Notes: a model not told the origin generated them from the sequence alone. Shown: positions 39,813 to 50,694, numbered from the stretch's first letter. The stretch is DNA of 64,000 nucleotides from Candidatus Babeliales bacterium (GCA_963701665.1 OY969622.1:1273193-1337192), one strand, 5' to 3'. Made by a program: numbers and translations.

Positions 39813-41141
39813 ATGCTCACTATTACCAATACGCTGCCCAATAAAAAAGAAACCTTTGATTTGCCTTCAGGGGCACCCGTTACGCTCTATGTATGTGGCA
39901 TCACCCCGTATGATTTTGCACACATAGGCCATGCTCGCGTGTACATTACCTTTGATGTACTTTTCCGCTTATTAACCTTCCTTGGCTATAGAGTAACCTA
40001 CTGCCGCAATTATACGGATATTGATGATAAGTTACTCATGCGGGCAGAAAAAGAACTTGGCAACAAAGCAGATTATCATAAAGTTGCTGACAAATTTATA
40101 ACCGCATTCAAAGAAGATATGGCTGCTCTGAATTGCTTAACACCAACGGTGGAACCAAAAGTTACGGAGAATATGCATGAAATTATCGAGTTCATTAAAA
40201 AACTCATAAAAACAGGCCATGCTTATCAAAAAGATGGCGATGTATATTTCAGAATAAGCTCGTTTCCCGACTATGGAAAACTCTCAAAACAAAACATTAA
40301 TGATTTGATTGCTGGTACGCGCGTTGAAGTTAATGATATGAAAGAAAATCCACTCGACTTTGCATTATGGAAAGGCGAAGACGAGGGCACCTTTTGGCAA
40401 AGCCCTTGGGGATGGGGAAGGCCCGGTTGGCATATTGAATGCTCTGCACTCGCAAAAAAATATTTAGGCGAGCACATTTCACTCCATGGCGGGGGCATGG
40501 ATTTGATGTTCCCTCATCATGAAAATGAAATTGCGCAATCAGAATCTCTTTTTGGCGCACCATTTTCACGATTTTGGATGCACAATGCTTTTGTGCGCAT
40601 TGATAAAGAAAAAATGTCAAAATCATTGGGAAATTTTTTTACGGTGAAAGACACGTTAAAGGAATTTGATCCGATGGTATTGCGCTTTTTTATTTTAAAT
40701 CATTATTATCGCGCACCACTTGATTTTTCTCATGATGATTTAAGAATGGTACAAAAAAGTTATCAAAAATTGTGCACCTTTTTTTCAAAAGTTCCGACGC
40801 CGTCTACCCTTGAAAAAAACTATTGTTCCGTTGTCGAAAAAATGATTGCCTTCTTATGCGATGATCTTAATACACCCGGTATGTTTGGTGTCATTTTTGA
40901 AAATTTGCCGTATTTAACTCAGCATATGCAAGAAGCCGGCCAAGTAAAATTGTTTCTGCAAAAAATTCTTGGCTTAACGCTCGAGCCGTTACGAGAAAAA
41001 ACAGTCACGATAACACCCGAGATTCAAAAATTGATCGATGAAAGAAATGAAGCGCGTGTTCAAAAAAATTGGAAACGCTCGGATGAATTGCGCGATGAGT
41101 TACTTAAATTAGGTATTGATGTTCGCGATAAGAAGAGTTGA
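39813..41141 (+). CDS. cysS: Cysteine--tRNA ligase
   Basis: CGITPY..HIGH, GRPGWHIECS, FPHHENE, KMSKS. Confidence 0.98.
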   Translation: MLTITNTLPNKKETFDLPSGAPVTLYVCGITPYDFAHIGHARVYITFDVLFRLLTFLGYRVTYCRNYTDIDDKLLMRAEKELGNKADYHKVADKFITAFKEDMAALNCLTPTVEPKVTENMHEIIEFIKKLIKTGHAYQKDGDVYFRISSFPDYGKLSKQNINDLIAGTRVEVNDMKENPLDFALWKGEDEGTFWQSPWGWGRPGWHIECSALAKKYLGEHISLHGGGMDLMFPHHENEIAQSESLFGAPFSRFWMHNAFVRIDKEKMSKSLGNFFTVKDTLKEFDPMVLRFFILNHYYRAPLDFSHDDLRMVQKSYQKLCTFFSKVPTPSTLEKNYCSVVEKMIAFLCDDLNTPGMFGVIFENLPYLTQHMQEAGQVKLFLQKILGLTLEPLREKTVTITPEIQKLIDERNEARVQKNWKRSDELRDELLKLGIDVRDKKS

Positions 41142-41194
41142 CCCTACTTCGATAATGCGACTATGCTGTTGAAATGAATATTAGAAACAAAGTT

Positions 41195-41353
41195 GTCATT
41201 GCGATCCTACTTCGCTCTATGAGCTTCGAAGGAGTTGGCAACTTGTTCTACGAAGTTTTAACGAAGTAGAATCCAGCTTATAAAATTAATCCTTTAAGGA
41301 ATTAATTAAAGTTCTGGATCCCCACGGCCGTGCTACGCAGGCCTCGGGAAGAC
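41195..41353. repeat. Palindromic element copy 5 with nested hairpin modules
   Basis: GTCATTGCGA[TCCTACTTCGCTCTATGAGCTTCGAAGGA]GTTGGCAA[..TCTACGAAGTTTTAACGAAGTAGA]ATCCAG...CTGGATCCCCACG..CTCGGGAAGAC. Confidence 0.85.
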
Positions 41354-41395
41354 ATTCTTTTGTTAATTGTACAATTTTATATTAATTTGCGTCCG

Positions 41396-41881
41396 TTACT
41401 GACTTACTTTGATATTATACGGCTGTGCAATACTTATTTCGCCACGTTTATCACGACTATCGATAATGGTGTAGGTGCCTGATGGTTGCTGTAAATAATT
41501 TGAAAATAAGGTGTTACCAATAATAATCTTATTGGTGCCTTGTCCACGGCCCGTATATCCTATAATTTCTAGCGTTCTTCCAATAGGCGGTTCACCCGTA
41601 AACACCCATGGCACATCAGTAGTTTGCAGCGTTTTATAATCACGACCTACCGCAGCGGTCACCCAACGCGTTCTATAAAAATTACCTGGATTGACAATTA
41701 CCTTATAATTTTTCTGTGTTTGTGGATAATAAACGGTATCAATAATGGCGAGTGCGTAACTTGATTTATTCATAACCTCTAAACCAAAAAGTTGACTCAC
41801 ACCTTGAAGAAAAATAATCGAAAATGTCGTTTGAATGCCTAGCAATGCAAGCAATAAAAATGATACTACGACTTTCTTCAT
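41396..41881 (-). CDS. Secreted hypothetical protein
   Basis: 161-aa ORF with signal peptide. Confidence 0.6.
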   Translation of the reverse strand: MKKVVVSFLLLALLGIQTTFSIIFLQGVSQLFGLEVMNKSSYALAIIDTVYYPQTQKNYKVIVNPGNFYRTRWVTAAVGRDYKTLQTTDVPWVFTGEPPIGRTLEIIGYTGRGQGTNKIIIGNTLFSNYLQQPSGTYTIIDSRDKRGEISIAQPYNIKVSQ

Positions 41882-41898
41882 GGTACTTCTCTTTTTTG

Positions 41899-42438
41899 TT
41901 ATAAAGTGTTTTTAGCCTCAACCTGCAGTTCATTATTAATGATTGAAACGGCATACTCTCTTTGTTTAACCAGACCATATAAAACATCAATTTGAGACAT
42001 AATCGGTATCTGTATTGATAAAGGTTTGAAAGGTTTTTCTTCAAAACCCGGTTTCACTGTTACTGAGCAGGAAGCAAGAATCCAATAACCAGTATTTTTA
42101 TCAAGAGAATTATTTTTTATAAAAGAATCAAAAAATTTTAGTTCTCCATTAGGGCTAAGAAAAAACTGTGCGCTTCTGATAATATCACTGTTTTGTGCAT
42201 ATTTCTTGAGATCTTCTTGAGATCGATAATCGACTTTTTTGCCATTAGGTAAAAAACCATCATTAGTTTTGGAGCATTGAATTTCTACCATAATCGTTTT
42301 ATTTGTCTTATTTACGATTGAATCGTTACGATGCTTCTCATTATAACCCGTAGCCGCTTCTTGCAATGTATTTTGGGCAATACTTTGGTAAATAGGCGAA
42401 AACAACATAACTGTGACAAAAACCGCAGAACGCTTCAT
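41899..42438 (-). CDS. Secreted hypothetical protein
   Basis: 179-aa ORF with signal peptide and AGGAG RBS. Confidence 0.65.
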   Translation of the reverse strand: MKRSAVFVTVMLFSPIYQSIAQNTLQEAATGYNEKHRNDSIVNKTNKTIMVEIQCSKTNDGFLPNGKKVDYRSQEDLKKYAQNSDIIRSAQFFLSPNGELKFFDSFIKNNSLDKNTGYWILASCSVTVKPGFEEKPFKPLSIQIPIMSQIDVLYGLVKQREYAVSIINNELQVEAKNTL

Positions 42439-42633
42439 ACTACTTCTCCTGTTTAGGATAATTCTATCTTTTATACCTTAATAATAGCACACTGTTATTT
42501 CAGATAGCAATGATAATTAATTTTTAACCTGTAATACAGGTTCAACTATATATACAGCCAGAAAAAGAAAACTATTGCGTTTTTAAGCCCCTTTTTTGTA
42601 GACTTATACTATAGAATAAGGAGATTTCTACCT

Positions 42634-42903
42634 ATGAAAAAATTTAATAAAACAGTAAAAGATAACCAGTCTTCCAAAAAACATGCTAATCATACAGATC
42701 CAGCAAAAAACTCGAGTATGAAACAGGAACTTAAAGAAGCATGGTCAAAATTGATGCACTCGACTCATAATAAACTATCCGAGGGTTCTTCTGAATATAC
42801 ACGCGAAATACGATCTCGCGGTGGCTCAAACCGTAGAGTTGACCGAGGGCCCACAAAAGGTCACCATAAGGTGTATCATAATAAGTCTTCTAAGAAGAAA
42901 TAA
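42634..42903 (+). CDS. Small basic hypothetical protein
   Basis: AAGGAG RBS; 89 aa, Lys/Arg/His-rich. Confidence 0.55.
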   Translation: MKKFNKTVKDNQSSKKHANHTDPAKNSSMKQELKEAWSKLMHSTHNKLSEGSSEYTREIRSRGGSNRRVDRGPTKGHHKVYHNKSSKKK

Positions 42904-44170
42904 CATTGTTAAAATCGGCAACGCGCGTTCCGTAAGGCACAATTTTGCGCGCGACGTTCAGCGCAGATACAACAGCACTTTCATGTGAATCTAAATCATC
43001 CATATATAAACCAACTAACCACACATTGTTATTCCCTTGTAAAGTTTTTAATCTCGCTTGCGCTTTAAAGTAAGCAGGCGTCACTTGCTGATGGTCATAA
43101 TGTTCAATGGCAAAAATATTTTTTGGCATATGATCTTCGTAGGGCAACCAACTGCGAAAAATCGGTTTCTGAGGATCTAGTTTCCAGTGTTTATACACTG
43201 TCATTGCACTTCTTCCCCGTTCATAGCGAACATTAGCAACAGACCAATCACGTTTATCTTTTGGCATAAATCGCTCGTCATCATGTATTGCTACCGTTGC
43301 AGGAAATGATTCAAACAAACATAACTGCTTATAACGTTCATGCATACGGGGCATGTTTTGCAAAAAATGAGCGGCTTGTTGCGGATTAGTAGCAAAAATA
43401 AGATGGTCAACGCGCGTGCAAGTACCCGTGTCATCAATAAGAGAATACGCGTGTCCATCATACGTGATCGAGTGCACAGAAGTTTTAAGCTTAACGCTCG
43501 TTTTTTCTAATTGGGAAACGAGTGCATCAATGTAGACTGAAATGCCGCCAACAATTTCCAGCCACTGTTGAGGTTTTATGGTAACTTTTTTGTGACATAT
43601 CCACGATAACACATCATAGGCAGCAAATAATTTGAATTCTTCAAGTTTACATCCCCACATTGCTACCAAAAAAGGATATAAAAAATTATTTCTAAATTCG
43701 TTTGTAAGCCATAACGTATTTGCAAATTGTTCAATGGTCATAACAACATTATGTTTCTTAATAAATTCTTCGCCCTGTGCAATAAACATTTTAAATTGTA
43801 AAAATGTTGCCACATCAGGCTTTAATAATTGTTGTAGTAGCCGTGTGGTGTGTTCTGAAGAAAGGACAAGCAAATGCTCTGGGGTATAGAAACAGTAAGT
43901 CAACGGAAATGACACCACCGGAACATTAAGGTTTTTCAGTAAATGAGTGAATGTCGGAAAAAGCCACGCGTTAAAAAATTCAAAACCAATTTCAATCGGA
44001 ACCGTCGAACCTCGATATGGTACATGTACCGTGTGTGCATGACCGCCTAAGCGCGCTTCTTTTTCAAAAAGAATAACCTCGCATTCGCGATCAAGTAACC
44101 ATGCTGCTGTCAATCCTGCTGCGCCTCCCCCAATAATCCCCACTTTCATGATGTGTACTTCATTAGACAT
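42890..44170 (-). CDS. FAD-dependent oxidoreductase (amine oxidase/NAD(FAD)-binding family)
   Basis: IGGGAAGL dinucleotide fold, FEKEARLGGHAHT, HESAVVSAL. Confidence 0.85.
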   Translation of the reverse strand: MSNEVHIMKVGIIGGGAAGLTAAWLLDRECEVILFEKEARLGGHAHTVHVPYRGSTVPIEIGFEFFNAWLFPTFTHLLKNLNVPVVSFPLTYCFYTPEHLLVLSSEHTTRLLQQLLKPDVATFLQFKMFIAQGEEFIKKHNVVMTIEQFANTLWLTNEFRNNFLYPFLVAMWGCKLEEFKLFAAYDVLSWICHKKVTIKPQQWLEIVGGISVYIDALVSQLEKTSVKLKTSVHSITYDGHAYSLIDDTGTCTRVDHLIFATNPQQAAHFLQNMPRMHERYKQLCLFESFPATVAIHDDERFMPKDKRDWSVANVRYERGRSAMTVYKHWKLDPQKPIFRSWLPYEDHMPKNIFAIEHYDHQQVTPAYFKAQARLKTLQGNNNVWLVGLYMDDLDSHESAVVSALNVARKIVPYGTRVADFNNVISS

Positions 44171-44305
44171 GCCCCCCCTAATGTTTACAACATGATGCTA
44201 CCACATCAGGACACGCACAAAAAACAGTTTGCACAAAATATACACGGGGTATTTTTTCATTTATGATTACAATGAAAATAATAATATTTCTATTGGGGCA
44301 CATTT

Positions 44306-44974
44306 ATGATGTATACAAAAGCAGCATTTAATTTTTTTTTAAGTATTATTTTCACAGGCTTTCTTTTTGCATCTGAATTGCATACGCAACAATCTGACGT
44401 TGATTATGCCTCTTCATCATCACCAGAGCCAAAAGAATATGATTATCTTGTAATCATGGGTTGTCATGCGTTGAATATGAGTAAACGCATTAAACATGCA
44501 ATGGATCTCACTCATCATGGACTTATGTTCAAAGAACTTATTTTTTTATCGGGACAGCGAAAATTAGCTGAAGATGAAACGTCGGCCACTCTAGAAGAAA
44601 TCTTCACAACGATTTTGCCACGTAATAGTCTTGCATCAAAAAATCAAAGATTTCCAAATCACGAATCAGCGTTGCTTAGATATCTGCTTAATAATACTGA
44701 CCTCCCACAAACGTGGTCAAAAAGAATGTTTATTGAAGCGCCCATGTTTCAAATGCAAGTTGTTGAAGATTCCATTTCAGAACAGATGAAAGAAATATGG
44801 GTAGAATATATGCCGCATCATGCGGTTGAAGAATGGCTAAAAAGAGAACCAAAATCCGGATCCATTTTGGTTATTTCGGATCAGAATAATATTTTCAAAG
44901 AATTATTACCTGCATTTAATACTGAAATAATTAACATAGATAAACCAAAAACATTATCAATGGCAAAACTTTAA
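44306..44974 (+). CDS. Secreted hypothetical protein (possibly DUF218/ElyC-like fold)
   Basis: Signal peptide; YDYLVIMG, IFLSGQR, GSILVISDQ. Confidence 0.5.
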   Translation: MMYTKAAFNFFLSIIFTGFLFASELHTQQSDVDYASSSSPEPKEYDYLVIMGCHALNMSKRIKHAMDLTHHGLMFKELIFLSGQRKLAEDETSATLEEIFTTILPRNSLASKNQRFPNHESALLRYLLNNTDLPQTWSKRMFIEAPMFQMQVVEDSISEQMKEIWVEYMPHHAVEEWLKREPKSGSILVISDQNNIFKELLPAFNTEIINIDKPKTLSMAKL

Positions 44975-44990
44975 ACCCTATGGCACTCCT

Positions 44991-46235
44991 TTAGTTATTG
45001 GCATTACCATTTTCATATTTCTCAAAAAGTTCTATTGCCTCTTGTTTACCACTAGCACGAACATGATCAAAAAGATTAATTTGTCTCCCTAATATTGGAC
45101 TTATATATTGTACATTCGGATCAGCCCCATGTTGCAATGACAACTCTATTAATGCCAAATCATAATTAAATGCCTCACAGGCAATTCCAAGGAGAGGAAC
45201 TTTCATCGCACGCACAGGTCGTGATATCCCTCCATAATCGAACCTATAATTAGCATTTAATCCATTGTTAATTAAAAGTACAAATAGTTTCTTAAATTCT
45301 TCACGTTCCGCTTCGCCAAACATAGCCCCAGCCATCTTTTCGTATGATATATGCATAAAAATCCCTGGCTGACTCCAGCAAGATATATGCATAAAAGCTT
45401 TATCATCAGGAAAATTTTCCAGCGTTGCACCATTTTCCAACAATTCAATTGCAAGGCCTGGCTCTAATTGAAAATCAAGATAACTGGGCAAACCTTGATT
45501 GTTTATTTTTACTCGATGATTAAGTCCCACGCTCATAAGATCCCTTATGACCCCACAAGGCGCATCATCATTTGGAGTAAATTTTAACTTACCACACAGG
45601 TGAATAATATTTTTTATATCTTTTTGCATAAAGCTAAATATCTCACTTTTTTCCAATATTTGAATATCATTTTTTGCATCCTTAGCATCTTTAAGATCCC
45701 AAGACTCGATCAAATGTATAAGTTTTGCTTTGTTTGTGAGCAATTCAGAATAAATTAGCCCATAATTTTTTGTATCAACCGTAGCCCAACTATAAATATC
45801 TTTTAAAAGCTGAAGAAAATCTTTTGTAGTTTTAATTGATGAGGGCATAAGGGAATAATATATTGTAAGTTTAAGTTCATCTACAAAATCACTGTAAGAT
45901 AACGGCTCATCATCATTTTCTTTTTCATTCGTTCCTCCTTTGTGTTTTTCTCTTTTGAGCTCCTTTTTCGGTGTTCTTATTTGATCTTCATGACTTAGAT
46001 GAAAAAGATTATTGCGTACTTGCCTGCTAAGAGTCATAAGTTCGTTGAGTGTCGATGATTCTTCATCGTCCTCATTACCATCACTAAAGTACAAAAAAGC
46101 TTGGTTATCCGGGGATATTCTTCTTAATCCATGCAAAGCACAAATTTGAGCTGTTGGCTCGCTTTCTTCACCTTCTTCCATGCATAGTGCATCATAAACA
46201 GGTAATATACTTAGCAAAAGAAGAAGAATTAGCAT
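44991..46235 (-). CDS. Secreted protein with degenerate C-terminal ankyrin repeats
   Basis: ...ALC|MEE; LLENGA, LINNGLNAN, LQHGADPN. Confidence 0.7.
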   Translation of the reverse strand: MLILLLLLSILPVYDALCMEEGEESEPTAQICALHGLRRISPDNQAFLYFSDGNEDDEESSTLNELMTLSRQVRNNLFHLSHEDQIRTPKKELKREKHKGGTNEKENDDEPLSYSDFVDELKLTIYYSLMPSSIKTTKDFLQLLKDIYSWATVDTKNYGLIYSELLTNKAKLIHLIESWDLKDAKDAKNDIQILEKSEIFSFMQKDIKNIIHLCGKLKFTPNDDAPCGVIRDLMSVGLNHRVKINNQGLPSYLDFQLEPGLAIELLENGATLENFPDDKAFMHISCWSQPGIFMHISYEKMAGAMFGEAEREEFKKLFVLLINNGLNANYRFDYGGISRPVRAMKVPLLGIACEAFNYDLALIELSLQHGADPNVQYISPILGRQINLFDHVRASGKQEAIELFEKYENGNANN

Positions 46236-46370
46236 GGTGTATCCTTAATTGGAAAGAATTATATTTTTTTGGATTCAAAGTCTGCTTATTCTACTACAAA
46301 CAATCACATTTGAAAATAATTTTTTTTATAAGATATTGTTAGATTCGACGAAAGATACACCATGAAAATT

Positions 46371-46988
46371 TTATTTGAACTTTTTCACCCAAAAAACAAA
46401 AGAATTCCCTCGATCTTCAACGGTCCCTCGTTCATCTATTACCGTAGGTTGCACATTATCAATAACGATCGTAGTTTTTTCAAAACCATAATGTTCCCAG
46501 ATTAAACCTGCGTCATAATAATCTTTTGGTTTTAACGGATGATTTTCATCGCGCACCGCTGTAATAAGCGCCAACCCTTTAAATCCCCATTCTTTCACTC
46601 GATCTTCAAGCATCGTAAACATTGCCCTACACAATTTTTGCTTGCGATGTGAGGGCAAAACAATGACATCGCCACAATAATAATAATCATTGAGCGTCAA
46701 TCCATATTCTTGAAAAAGCGCATCAATAGTTGGCACATAGTCGCGCACCGCACTCATAGGAATTCCCGTTATAAATCCACACAATTGCTCATCTTCCTGC
46801 GCAAGAACTATCATTCCCTCGTTATTGTGTGCAAACCACGCGACATACTCTTTTTTTTCATTCAGCGTAGGCGCGTGCAAATAAGGATATTCCTTGAATG
46901 TATCCAAAATAATTTCTGCCACCGGGGGAACATACTGCATAATGCTCAACCCAAGCACTATTGAAATAATAGGAGCTATCATAAACAT
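46371..46988 (-). CDS. GNAT-family N-acetyltransferase
   Basis: YYCGDVIVLPSHRKQKLCRAMF motif A; WEHYGFEK. Confidence 0.8.
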   Translation of the reverse strand: MFMIAPIISIVLGLSIMQYVPPVAEIILDTFKEYPYLHAPTLNEKKEYVAWFAHNNEGMIVLAQEDEQLCGFITGIPMSAVRDYVPTIDALFQEYGLTLNDYYYCGDVIVLPSHRKQKLCRAMFTMLEDRVKEWGFKGLALITAVRDENHPLKPKDYYDAGLIWEHYGFEKTTIVIDNVQPTVIDERGTVEDRGNSFVFWVKKFK

Positions 46989-47086
46989 TCCTTTCTTATT
47001 TAACTTTTTATATTTTATTGCAAATTAGAATTACCTTGTAATACCATTATATAAAAGCAGGAAATCAAAAATAGGTATGCCAGATC

Positions 47087-48325
47087 ATGAAAAAAAGTAC
47101 AATTCTTTTATTAATTACGTTCATGTTTCTAACTACAGCGATGGAAGAACTGCCTGAAACTACGACAACCGAAGAACCGCCAGAAAAAATTGCAAAAACA
47201 ATTGAAAATCCGATCATACAAGAACCAGCATCATTACTATCGCAAGCATCACGACAAGCAATTGCCACCATTATGAATACGCTACCAGAAGAAATGACCC
47301 ACTATTTAACGACTATAGCCATCAATGAGCCAATTAATAAAAGTGGCAAACGTTGGCTGCATATGGCGCGAACGCCCGAAGATGTCTATAAAGCACTCGC
47401 ATTAGGCGCTAATGTAAATATTCTAACGAACAAAGATGAAACGCCACTTAATACTATACTTGCCAACGGCTACACTGACGCGGCAATTGCATTGGTCACT
47501 CATGGAAAGAATGTTAATCTTGCAACATATGATATATATGACACAACACCATTGCACAATGCTGCTTTTACCGGTAATGAAAAAATTATTGAATTATTAA
47601 TACCGGCATACGAAAGATTAGATATACTTGATTCCGCAGGTTTCACACCACTTTTCTATGCTATCTCCAATAACCCTTCTGTTGTTTCTTTTCTTATAGA
47701 AAAGGGAGAACGCGCGGACGAACTAAATACTAATCGTACAACCGCACTCCATGTAGCAGCTCAATTTAATCCTTCATTACTTCCATTACTTTTGGATCAC
47801 GGCGCTAAAATACTTATCAATGATCGGAATAATCGTGGACTCACTCCTCTCCATAAAGCTACATCTCTTGGCCGTGCTGATGGCGTTAGGATATTGCTCG
47901 AGAATGGCGCAGATCCCAATATACCCGATAATGACCAAAGAACACCTATTTTTTCCTCGATTGAAACAAATCTTACACCATTAAAATTATTATTGGCCAA
48001 CGGCGCCGATGTTAATATACGATCCAGCAAAGGAATAACAGTGCTTATGATTGCTGCGCACAATAATTATCATGCCGTTAAAAAATTGCTCAAAACAGGC
48101 AAAGTTACCACACTCAATGATAATAATACATTCAATAAAACAGCACTCTATTATGCCATCGAATCACAAAATCTAAAAACGGTTAAACTGTTGCTTGCAT
48201 CCGGTGCAAATGTACATCTAAATGAATACGATCTTGCATTTTCTCTTGAAAATGAAGCAATTCGCACTCTCATAAAAGATGCTTATTCTGCTCGTCAAAA
48301 AAAACTTTCCCTCCAAAATTTCTAG
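47087..48325 (+). CDS. Secreted ankyrin-repeat protein
   Basis: ...TTA|MEE; about 9 repeats (TPLHNAA, GFTPLFYA, TALHVAA, GLTPLHKA, LLENGADPN). Confidence 0.92.
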   Translation: MKKSTILLLITFMFLTTAMEELPETTTTEEPPEKIAKTIENPIIQEPASLLSQASRQAIATIMNTLPEEMTHYLTTIAINEPINKSGKRWLHMARTPEDVYKALALGANVNILTNKDETPLNTILANGYTDAAIALVTHGKNVNLATYDIYDTTPLHNAAFTGNEKIIELLIPAYERLDILDSAGFTPLFYAISNNPSVVSFLIEKGERADELNTNRTTALHVAAQFNPSLLPLLLDHGAKILINDRNNRGLTPLHKATSLGRADGVRILLENGADPNIPDNDQRTPIFSSIETNLTPLKLLLANGADVNIRSSKGITVLMIAAHNNYHAVKKLLKTGKVTTLNDNNTFNKTALYYAIESQNLKTVKLLLASGANVHLNEYDLAFSLENEAIRTLIKDAYSARQKKLSLQNF

Positions 48326-48392
48326 TAAGGCGTACTAGCAACTCGTGATAATTTATAGCAAACTAAAATGAGCTTACCTAAAGGAATGTAGT

Positions 48393-49145
48393 ATGCCGAC
48401 AAAAAAATATTGTATCGTTGCTAATTGGAAAATGTATTTTTCCTATACCGATGCACTCGCATGGTTAAACAACTATCATGATGATTTTATAACCCTCGCT
48501 CACACAACAACATCGCTCGTTCTCTGCCCCTCGTTTGAAGCATTAAGCGCGTGCGCAACCCTGCTACAACACTCGCCTATAAAACTTGGCGCTCAAGATT
48601 GTTCTGCGCATGACTTAGGGGCATTCACGGGGCAAGTGAGCGCAGAATCATTGGCACAAATCGGTTGCCGTTATTGCATAGTTGGGCACAGTGAAACGTA
48701 TACTGAATGGCAAACCGTGCGCGACGATGTACTCAAAAAAATTTCATTAATACTCAAGAATGGCATGACTCCAATTATTTGCGTTGGAGAAACATCCCAA
48801 GAACACCAGAACAAGATGACGCAAAAAAGTATTGCACAAAAATTAGAATTCCTTATGACGGAGCTCAACAATCGCTCTGACATTTTTATTGCGTATGAAC
48901 CAGTATGGGCAATAGGATCGGGCAACATTCCAACCCAAGAAGATCTACAGGCTGTCATCAACCTCATCCATGAATATGTGCTAAAAAACAATATTAAAGC
49001 GACCATCCTTTATGGCGGCGGCGTCACCCCGGCAACTATAGCATCTTTGAAGAGTCTCGCCCATTTAGATGGCTTTTTACTTGGCAAAGCAAGCACCGAT
49101 TTTCAAGAGCTAAAAAAAGTTGTATCATTATTACATGAAGGCTAA
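48393..49145 (+). CDS. tpiA: Triosephosphate isomerase
   Basis: ANWKM, GAFTG, VGHSE, AYEPVWAIG, LYGGGV. Confidence 0.95.
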   Translation: MPTKKYCIVANWKMYFSYTDALAWLNNYHDDFITLAHTTTSLVLCPSFEALSACATLLQHSPIKLGAQDCSAHDLGAFTGQVSAESLAQIGCRYCIVGHSETYTEWQTVRDDVLKKISLILKNGMTPIICVGETSQEHQNKMTQKSIAQKLEFLMTELNNRSDIFIAYEPVWAIGSGNIPTQEDLQAVINLIHEYVLKNNIKATILYGGGVTPATIASLKSLAHLDGFLLGKASTDFQELKKVVSLLHEG

Positions 49146-49194
49146 TTTCGATACTTGATACTTGATGTTAGAAAGGCACATTAAAAACGGAATC

Positions 49195-49303
49195 GTCATT
49201 GCGAGCCAACGAAGTTGGTGTGGCAATCCAAATAATAAAATTAGTTCATTAAAGGAATTTATTAAATTTTGGATCCTCACGTCGCTACGCTCCTCAGGAT
49301 GAC
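49195..49303. repeat. Palindromic element copy 6
   Basis: GTCATTGCGAG CCAACGAAGTTGG TGTGGCAATCCA...TGGATCCTCACG..CTCAGGATGAC. Confidence 0.9.
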
Positions 49304-49381
49304 GAGCTGGACATAGGGCAATTTGTATCGATCAATTACGTAAAAAAGTTGTTATTATATTATTTTCTTTGGAGAACTTCT

Positions 49382-49693
49382 ATGTTGTTTACCTTATTAG
49401 TGAGCATATACTCTTTTGTATGCTTTTTGTTGATTTTATTAATCCTTATTCAACGGGGCAAAGGGAGCATGGGAATCGGCAACTTGGGCGGCGGTGCTCA
49501 AATGTTATTCGGCGGTTCTGGGGGCCAAGACCTTTTTCAAAAAATCACCTGGGGTTTAGGAGTAATTTTTATAGGTGGTTCACTCTGCTTATCGATGCTC
49601 AAAACACAAAATTATCAAACATCACGCTACCTTCCTTCAGCACAAGCGTACGTTTTTGAATTGCCTCTATTACAGCAAATAAAAAATATATAA
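49382..49693 (+). CDS. secG: Preprotein translocase subunit SecG
   Basis: LILIQRGKGSMG..GGAQMLFGGSGG..QKITW; follows tpiA; ATG 49382 after GGAG. Confidence 0.9.
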   Translation: MLFTLLVSIYSFVCFLLILLILIQRGKGSMGIGNLGGGAQMLFGGSGGQDLFQKITWGLGVIFIGGSLCLSMLKTQNYQTSRYLPSAQAYVFELPLLQQIKNI

Positions 49694-49737
49694 TTGGTAA
49701 GTTGGTAGTATTGAAAGAAGACATGCATGACACAAAT

Positions 49738-49846
49738 GTCATTGCGAGCCAACGTAGTTGGCGTGGCAACCCAGATAACAAAATTAATTCCTTAAAGGAT
49801 TTATTAAAGTTCTGGATCCCCACGTCGCTTCGCTCCTCGGGAAGAC
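49738..49846. repeat. Palindromic element copy 7
   Basis: GTCATTGCGAG CCAACGTAGTTGG CGTGGCAACCCAG...CTGGATCCCCACG..CTCGGGAAGAC. Confidence 0.9.
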
Positions 49847-49898
49847 AATTTTTACTTCATATACGCACTTTTAATAATCAAGTATTAGGAAATGGGTA

Positions 49899-50687
49899 AT
49901 GAAATCAAGCTCGCTTTTTGACTCCATCTTTGGATACATAGGCAATTCCATAATGCAAATATGTATCATGTTGGGAGCTTTAGTATTATTTTTGCTTGAT
50001 GTCATTAAAACATTATTCAGCACGCGTCTGAAATTGCGCAAGACCTTCGTACAAATTGAAGAAATTGGTGTTGATTCATGGATCATTGCCATTTTGACGG
50101 GCATTTTTGCTGGTGCCGTTTTGGCGTTACAAAGTTATATTGGATTCAAGCGCTATGGCGGCCAGGAATTTGTCGGCCCCGTTGTCGCCCTCAGTATGGC
50201 GCGCGAGCTTGGGCCTGTTATCACTGGTCTCATGGTCACCGGACGAGCTGGATCAGCAATCGCTGCTGAAATAGGCACTATGCGTATCACTGAACAAATT
50301 GATGCGTTACAAACTTTAGCAATTAATCCCTTACAATATCTCGTTATCCCTCGCATGGTTGCCGGCACGATTATCATGCCCTTCTTAACGATATTTTCTA
50401 TGATATTTGGTGTACTCGGCGGTTATTTTATTGCCGTTTATGTTCTTGATTTAAATGGCGAACAATTTATTCACGGCATTAAAAAATATCTTGAATTTTC
50501 TGACGTGCGCAGCGGCCTTATTAAAGCTGCATGGTTTGGCTTTGTCTTAACATGGGTTGGTTGTTTTAAAGGATATACCGCATCGGGCGGTGCACGCGGT
50601 GTTGGAGCTGCAACCACACAGAGTGTTGTCATGGGTTCTATCTTGTTAATTTTGGCAAACTACTTCTTAACAGCAATCTTATTTTAA
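49899..50687 (+). CDS. mlaE: MlaE-family ABC permease
   Basis: RELGPVITGLMVTGRAGSAIAAEIGTMRITEQIDAL, GARGVGAATT. Confidence 0.93.
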   Translation: MKSSSLFDSIFGYIGNSIMQICIMLGALVLFLLDVIKTLFSTRLKLRKTFVQIEEIGVDSWIIAILTGIFAGAVLALQSYIGFKRYGGQEFVGPVVALSMARELGPVITGLMVTGRAGSAIAAEIGTMRITEQIDALQTLAINPLQYLVIPRMVAGTIIMPFLTIFSMIFGVLGGYFIAVYVLDLNGEQFIHGIKKYLEFSDVRSGLIKAAWFGFVLTWVGCFKGYTASGGARGVGAATTQSVVMGSILLILANYFLTAILF

Positions 50688-50694
50688 GAGTAAC

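Noticed and set aside
47210..47275. BC-box/SOCS-like EPASLLSQASRQAI in the ankyrin protein
   Set aside because: Lacks the conserved Cys and exact spacing; too weak without a profile search.
49702..49899. 65-aa ORF between secG and mlaE (and 49599-49823 on the minus strand)
   Set aside because: Simply reads through palindromic element copy 7; no RBS or protein features.
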